Shown here piece by piece: positions 55,821-64,000 of a DNA stretch of 64,000 nt; position 1 is the stretch's first letter, and each line of letters opens with the position of its first letter. A program made the position numbers and the translations under genes. This DNA is from Eledone cirrhosa (lineage: Eukaryota), in assembly GCA_964016885.1 (NCBI GenBank), contig OZ024754.1, positions 32,488,001 to 32,552,000 on the forward strand, in the 5' to 3' direction. A model generated the notes under the pieces. The model did not search any database, was not told the origin of the DNA, and was given only the letters and a program-made list of their open reading frames with translations.

Positions 55821-56436
55821 CAGGTCACCAGTTGGTCACCAGTTGGTGCTACTGGTAACATGTATCCCAGTACAACCTGTCTCATGGTCGGGTCGTTGGC
55901 GACTAAACTGGCAACCCCACCAAGGTTTCTTGGTGAGGACGGTGACTTTGGACATCCTGCAAGACTAAAAACAAGACCTGTCAAAGGGCAAAGGAGCTCT
56001 TAAGAGTCAATGGCCATCCAAAATCACCGGGAGAGATGACCCCTTAGCCTTTGTCAAGGCAGAATTGTAGGAGAAGGAAAACTCTGATATAACACCTGCA
56101 ACCCTGATGGTATCCAATGATGTTGACTTGTTCTTCTTTTTGGTAAATATCATCTTGGTTAAGAGAGTGGGACTGGCTTTGTGCAGTGCCTTTGCTCACT
56201 ATAAAAGCTTCACGGCACAGGCATTGCTTTATATCTGGAGATCTCTCTGCACTTGTCATCACATGTACCATGGGCCCAGCACTATATGTCAATAATGGTC
56301 ACAAGTGGGGTATTTGTGCCAGAGTTTTCAAGTCGCTGGCTGGACTAAAAACTCACACTCGTTCAGCGCATCGGTAGGGGTTCTCCTACATGGATTTAAA
56401 GTAGTGGCCGTACTCGAAAACGAGTTGGCAGCCACC
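55821..56436 (+). mobile_element. Full-length TATG element with an 11-bp duplication near the 5' end
   Basis: Matches 34371-34978; ggtcaccagtt occurs twice; (TATG)n flanks. Confidence 0.9.
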
Positions 56437-56929
56437 ATGTATGTATGTATGTATGTATGTATGTATGTATGTATGTATGTATGTATGTATGTATGTATGC
56501 ATGTGTGTGTGTGTATGTATGTATGGATGGATGGATGGATGGACGTATGTATGTATGTATGTATGTATGTATGTATGTATGTATGTATGTATGTATGTAT
56601 GTATGTATGCATGTATGTATGCATTAGTGTATGTATGGATGTATGTATGTATTAGTGTATGTATGTGTGTATGTATGTATGTAGGTATGTCTGTATGTGT
56701 GTATGTATGTATGTGTGTATGCATGTATGTATGTGTGTGTATGTATATATGTGTGTATGGATGTATGTATATATGTGTGTGTGTGCATGTACGTACGTAT
56801 GTGTATGTGTGTATATATGTATGTATATGTGTCTGTGTATGTATGTGTGTAAGCATGTATGTATGTGTGTATGTATGTATGTATGTGTGTGTGTATGTAA
56901 GTATGTATATATGTATGTGTGTATATATG

Positions 56930-56961
<32 letters not shown>

Positions 56962-57644
56962 TGTATGTATGTATGTATGTATGTATGTATGTATGTATGT
57001 ATGTATTTATGTATGTATGTATGTGTATGTATGTATGTATGTATATATATATGTCTGTATGTGCATGTGAGTGTATAGTTTTGGCAAAGCACCACCTGAC
57101 TGAAATGTCAAAATGGACGGCCTAATTAAATTTCTGTGAAGTCGATTTATTTCAAAACAAACAACAACAGCATTCATCAGCAGTAGCTACAACAACAACA
57201 CCAATAACAACAACACCAATAACAACAACAACACCAACAACAGCAACACCAACAACAATAACATCAACAACATCAACAACAACAATCACAATAACATCGA
57301 CAACAACCATCACTACAACAACGACAACAACAGCAACAACAACAACAGCAACAACAACAACAGCAACAACCACAACAATAACAACAACAACAGTAACAAC
57401 AACAATCAACACCAGCAAAACAACATCATCAACAACAACAACAACGACAGCAACAATAACAGCAGCAGCAGCAGCAACAACCACAAGGCCAACAACATCA
57501 ACAGGAACAACAGTATCTCCATCCCCGCCGCCACATCATCAATAACAAAACAACAACAACAACACAACAATGATAATAACAGCAACACCATCATCATCAT
57601 CATCGTCATCATCAATAGCACCAAAAAAACAATCACAACAAAAA

Positions 57645-57706
57645 CAACAACAACAACGATAACTACAACAACAAACTAATAAGGAGTCAATAATACTATC
57701 ACAAGC

Positions 57707-57744
<38 letters not shown>

Positions 57745-57883
57745 CGATAACTACAACAACAAACTAATAAGGAGTCAATAATACTATCACAAGCAACAAC
57801 AACAACAACAACAACAAGCAACAACAACAACAACGATAACTACAACAACAAACTAATAAGGAGTCAATAATACTATCACAAGC

Positions 57884-57921
<38 letters not shown>

Positions 57922-58048
57922 CTACAACAGCAAACTAATAAGGAGTCAATAATACTATCACAAACAACAACAACAACAACAACGATAACTACAACAACAA
58001 ACTAATAAGGAGTCAATAATACTATCACAAGCAACAACAACAACAACA
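57645..58048. repeat. Five-unit minisatellite: fixed core aaactaataaggagtcaataatactatcacaa plus variable (AAC)n
   Basis: Read directly. Confidence 0.9.
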
Positions 58049-58615
58049 CCACCACCACCACCATCATCATCCTCATTATCAGTAGCACTAAAACAATCAT
58101 AACAACAATATCAACAACAACAACAACAGCAGCAGCAGCAGCAGCAGGAGCAGCAGCAGCAGCAACAACAACAACAACAACGATATGTTGAAATGTACAA
58201 TTATTGCAGTCATATTCATTTTTTTCCATTTCTATATTATTATTTTATTTTATTTTATTTTATTCTAATCCCATCATGCAACATTTTGACTTTTCTTTAT
58301 TTTTTAACCTGATCAGTCTTGGCAACCATTTTATTTTGGCATTTCTACGCCTGTTTCTCTGTCTTTCTTTCATTCACATTGGTTTTCTTTCATTTTCTTT
58401 TCATTTTTTATCTTCATTTTCTCTTTCTTCATCCTTTATCACTTTTTAAAACTTATTGTTTTCTCTAATTGCATTTTATTTCAGTTTTCCTTCATTCTCT
58501 TCCATAATCTTCTTCTCATCGTCTCAATCATCGCTTTCTTTCCTTCATTTTCCATTTTCTTCATATAGTCCTTTCTCTCTTTCTAATTTTGTCTTTCATA
58601 TATTTTTACCACCAC

Positions 58616-58666
<51 letters not shown>

Positions 58667-58748
58667 TCACTTTCATCCATATTTCATGTTTGTTAACGCT
58701 CTCCTTTCTATTGTTAGTTTTTTCTGTTACCTTTTCTCATTATTGTTC

Positions 58749-58850
<102 letters not shown>

Positions 58851-59273
58851 GTTCTTCTCCTATAGCTGTTATTGTTTATCTTCATTTCCAAATATTTATC
58901 ACGCTTTCTTTTCAACACTTACCCCTCTCTCTCTGTCTCTCTCTCTCTCTGTCTCTCTCTTTCTCCCCTCTCTATCTTCTCCCCGTTTACTATGAGCCTT
59001 TCTCTGTCCTCTCCACTCCACTCACTCACACACACGCACACATATATATATATATCTTCTACTGTCCTTTACACACACACACTCACACACACATACACAC
59101 AAACACTCACACACACACACACACACACACCTCCCCACCGTGTCCAATTGCCCCTTCAGACTCATTTCCTCTCTTTTTCCTTTTCGTCGCCATCTTTTCT
59201 TTAGATTTATTTCCTATTTTAATTTCTTATTCTATCATGGCTACTGTCTCATCATTCCCCCCTCTCTCTCTCG

Positions 59274-59338
<65 letters not shown>

Positions 59339-59784
59339 CCACACACACACAGCCACACACACACAGCCACACACACAGCCCCCCCATACACACACATACA
59401 GCCACACACACACACAGCCACACACACAGTCACACACACATACACACACACAGTCACACAAACACGCACACTCACATAGCCACACACACACACACACAGC
59501 CACACACACAGCCAAATACACACACAGCCCCCCCCCCCCCCACATACAGCCACACACACACAGCCACACACACACACAGTCACACACACATACATACACA
59601 CAGTCACACAAACACGCACATTCACATAGCCACACACACATACACATAGCCACACACACACACGCACACAAACACACACCTATATTTAATACACACACAC
59701 TCACACATTTTCATTCACACACACACACACATACACATATACATACATACATATATATATATACACACACACATTTTCTTTCAT

Positions 59785-59817
<33 letters not shown>

Positions 59818-60811
59818 CATTCACACATTTTCTTTCTCACACACACACACATTCATTTTTCACACTCTCACACCGATACACACACAAAAAAGACACAGAG
59901 AAACGCACGCACACACATACATTCCTCACACACGCACACATACATTTTTCACACACAATCACACACTCACTCACACACGCACACATACCCCCCCCTCCAC
60001 ACACACACACAGCAAACGATTTATCTCACTTTCTTAAGCCATATCGTACATTCAAATTTTCCCCCACTTTCTCTCCGTCAATCTTCATTCTTTTCTCTCC
60101 TCCTTTTCCCCGACACCTTCTCTAAACCATGTCCACATTATTACTCTTCCTTTCACAATTTTATCGTCAATCCCATTTCACAATTCTCAGCCTCTTGTGA
60201 TGATGTTTCTGTCGCTATATCTTATACGTCTTCCATTTTCCTCCAATTCTATGCTCCTTCGCTTCCCCTCTTTCACTTACACTTATTCTCTCTCTCCCTT
60301 TCTGTATGACTATATACGTGTATGTACATATGTATGTATGAATTTATGTATATCTTTCCCATTCTCCCCAACTCTGACTCTATTATATCTCCCCGCCCCC
60401 ACCACCAGCACCACCACCACCACAACCACCACCACCGTTCTCTCACACGGAGGTATCACTCACTCATCACTGACCCTAACTTCTCCAACCCACCCTCCTT
60501 CAATTTCCGTTCACTCACTCACTTCCCCCTCTCCCACACCACTTATACTTTCTCTTTCCCTATCACTCTTTCGCGCCTCTCTCTTTCCTTTATCCTTTCT
60601 CTCTAACTCTCGCTTTCCATCTCTCCCTCACTTCCTTCTCTCCCAAAATCTCTCCCTTTCTCTATCGCTCTCTCCCTCTCTCCCTCCCTATCCTCATTAT
60701 TTATATATTTTCAAACTCTCTCTTCATCCCTCTCCTCCGCCTCTCTCTGTCTCTCTCCTTTCTCTTATCTTTTCCTAACTCTCTCCTCATCCCTCTGTCC
60801 TTCCTGCTGTC

Positions 60812-61490
60812 TCTTCTCTTATCCTTTCCAAACTCTCTCCTCTTACACACATCCTCTCTCTTTCCCCCTCTCTCGATCTCTCCATCCTCTCTCTGTCTCT
60901 TCCCTTCTCTTATCCTTTCCAAATTCTCTCCTCTTACACACATCTTCTCTCTTTCCCCCCTCTCTCGATCTCTCTATCCTCTCTCTGTCTCTTCCCTTCT
61001 CTTATCCTTTCCAAATTCTCTCCTCTTACACACATCTTCTCTCTTTCCCCCCTCTCTCGATCTCTCTATCCTCTCTCTGTCTCTTCCCTTCTCTTATCCT
61101 TTCCAAACTCTCTCCTCTTACACACATCCTCTCTCTTTCCCCCTCTCTCGATCTCTCCATCCTCTCTCTGTCTCTTCCCTTCTCTTATCCTTTCCAAATT
61201 CTCTCCTCTTACACACATCTTCTCTCTTTCCCCCCTCTCTCGATCTCTCTATCCTCTCTCTGTCTCTTCCCTTCTCTTATCCTTTCCAAATTCTCTCCTC
61301 TTACACACATCTTCTCTCTTTCCCCCCTCTCTCGATCTCTCTATCCTCTCTCTGTCTCTTCCCTTCTCTTATCCTTTCCAAATTCTCTCCTCTTACACAC
61401 ATCTTCTCTCTTTCCCCCCTCTCTCGATCTCTCTATCCTCTCTCTGTCTCTTCCCTTCTCTTATCCTTTCCAAACTCTCTCCTCACACAC
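60812..61490. repeat. ~91-92-bp pyrimidine-rich tandem repeat, about seven copies
   Basis: ctcttacacacatc...ctctcgatctctc...atcctttccaaa recurs with ~92-bp period. Confidence 0.92.
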
Positions 61491-61805
61491 CTCTTACACA
61501 CGTCTGCGTCTCTCTTTCTCTCTCTCTCTCACTCTCTCACTCTCTCTCTCCTCTCTCTGTTACTCGCCTTTCCTTATCCTTTCCTAACTCTCTCCTCACA
61601 CATCTCTTACACACGTCTACGTCTGTCTTTCCCCTCTCTCTATCTCCCTTTCCTCTCTCTGTCTCTCTCCCTTCTCTTATCCTTTCCTAACTCTCTCCTC
61701 ATCCCTCTGTCCTTCCTTCTGTCTCTCCCCTTACCTTATCCTTTGCAAACTCTCTCCTCACAGACCTCATGCACACGTTTACATCTCTCTTTCCCTCTCG
61801 CTCTC

Positions 61806-61866
<61 letters not shown>

Positions 61867-62134
61867 CTCTCTCTCTCCTCTCTCTCTGTCTCCTCTCTCT
61901 GTCACTCTCCTTTCCTTATAAATTCCTAACTCTCTCCTCCGCCTACTCTCCTCCTCCCACTACACGCCCCTCCTCCCACCATTGACTCTCTACCTCCTAC
62001 TATGACTTTACGTCTATATTCAAAAGGTATAGTTAACCGTCACCAATTAGTGCAATCACAACCAACATTTAGGCGCCAACGGCTAAAATATTGTTTTAAA
62101 GCCCAAGTCGTTCTTCTTATTGTTAACAATTGCG

Positions 62135-62218
62135 ATTGCTGCCGTTATTGCTGTTGTTGCTGCTGTTGTTGATGTTGCTGTTGTTGTTGTTGCTGCTATT
62201 GTTGTTGCTGCTGTTGTT

Positions 62219-62310
<92 letters not shown>

Positions 62311-62366
62311 GGTTGTTGTTGTTGTTGTTGTTGCTGGTGTTGTTGTTGCTGTTGTTGTTGCTATGT

Positions 62367-62458
<92 letters not shown>

Positions 62459-62514
62459 GCTGCTGCTGCTGTTGTTGTTGTTGCTGTTGCTGTTGCTGCT
62501 GTTGTTGTTGTTGT

Positions 62515-62546
<32 letters not shown>

Positions 62547-62620
62547 TTGTTGTTGCTGTTGTTACTGTTGCTGTTGTTGTTGCTATGGTTGTTGTTGTTG
62601 TTGTTGTTGTTGTTGCTGTT
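62135..62620. repeat. (TTG)n/(CTG)n tract
   Basis: Read directly. Confidence 0.95.
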
Positions 62621-62764
62621 TTCATTTTTGGTGCCACTTTCATACATGCATATATATATACTGTACATAACATACGCACACGCACGTGCGCACATACACA
62701 CACACATGCATTTATATATATATATATGAGTATGAATATGTATGTATGTAGGTATGCATACATA

Positions 62765-62827
<63 letters not shown>

Positions 62828-63092
62828 CATATATATGCATATATACAAATATAAATATATATACATACACGGACACATACAAACAAATCACACGCGCGCA
62901 CACACACACACACACATATATATATATGTATGTATATATTTATATATATATATATATACACACATATATATTTATACATATATACACATACAAGACATCA
63001 ACACATACATACAGACATATTCGTGTTCGTTTACACCTCAAGCATGAAAAAGAAAAATCAGTGATAAAGAAAATAATAACACAGAATATGGC

Positions 63093-63160
<68 letters not shown>

Positions 63161-63252
63161 TATACATATATATATATAATATATATATCTACATATATTA
63201 TAAACATATAAATACATATACATACATATAAAGATAGCAACACTTGAAAAAC

Positions 63253-63464
<212 letters not shown>

Positions 63465-63781
63465 GTGTGTGTATATATATATATACACTTTTCAATTTAT
63501 AAATATATTTTATAAAGGAAGTAATTATTAGATACACTACAGTGTTTGTAACAGATTTATTTGTTTATTCGCTGATATCTTTCTCCCTCCCTCCTCTCTC
63601 GCTATCTCTCTCTATCTCTATCTCTCTCTCTATATATATATACACACATATATATATATATTTAATATATATATGCATTCAAAAACGTACACATACATGT
63701 ATACGTATTGATATGTTTATATATGTATAAATATATACATACATACATATATAAATATAAAAATATATATATATATATACA

Positions 63782-63815
<34 letters not shown>

Positions 63816-64000
63816 CTATCTAAATTGTTGGGATACAACAAGCAAATATTTTTATAACTGAAATAAAGCACTCGACAAGTATTTGGAGTAAATATACGAT
63901 ATTAACAAATGGAAACTATATTTATAAAACCATATCTATTTTATTATACATAATTCAAGGATACCATGTTAAATTATGGTATGCTTTCATCAGACAAAAT

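Overview
AT-rich, microsatellite-saturated animal DNA with no recognisable host gene; the SINE repertoire suggests an octopus-like cephalopod (inference). Almost all listed ORFs are translations of simple repeats. Real content: (i) a young, GC-rich, 5'-truncated Tx1/L1-clade LINE (RT plus CCHC finger) and smaller copies, nearly all at (TATC)n; (ii) Penelope-like element (PLE) remnants, including an RT-C-terminus/GIY-YIG pseudogene; (iii) several distinct type-I hammerhead ribozyme motifs in short (TA)n-embedded elements, often in fold-back palindromes whose junctions fall within the ribozyme; (iv) a ~610-bp non-coding retroelement always embedded in (TATG)n, one copy with a twin-priming-type inversion; (v) a 4.3-kb 26-bp satellite that appears to have grown out of a PLE reading frame; (vi) about 30 tRNA-derived SINE copies or fragments, a TTAA MITE and Helitron-like 3' ends. 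All calls were made by eye; boundaries are approximate and no database search or folding was run.
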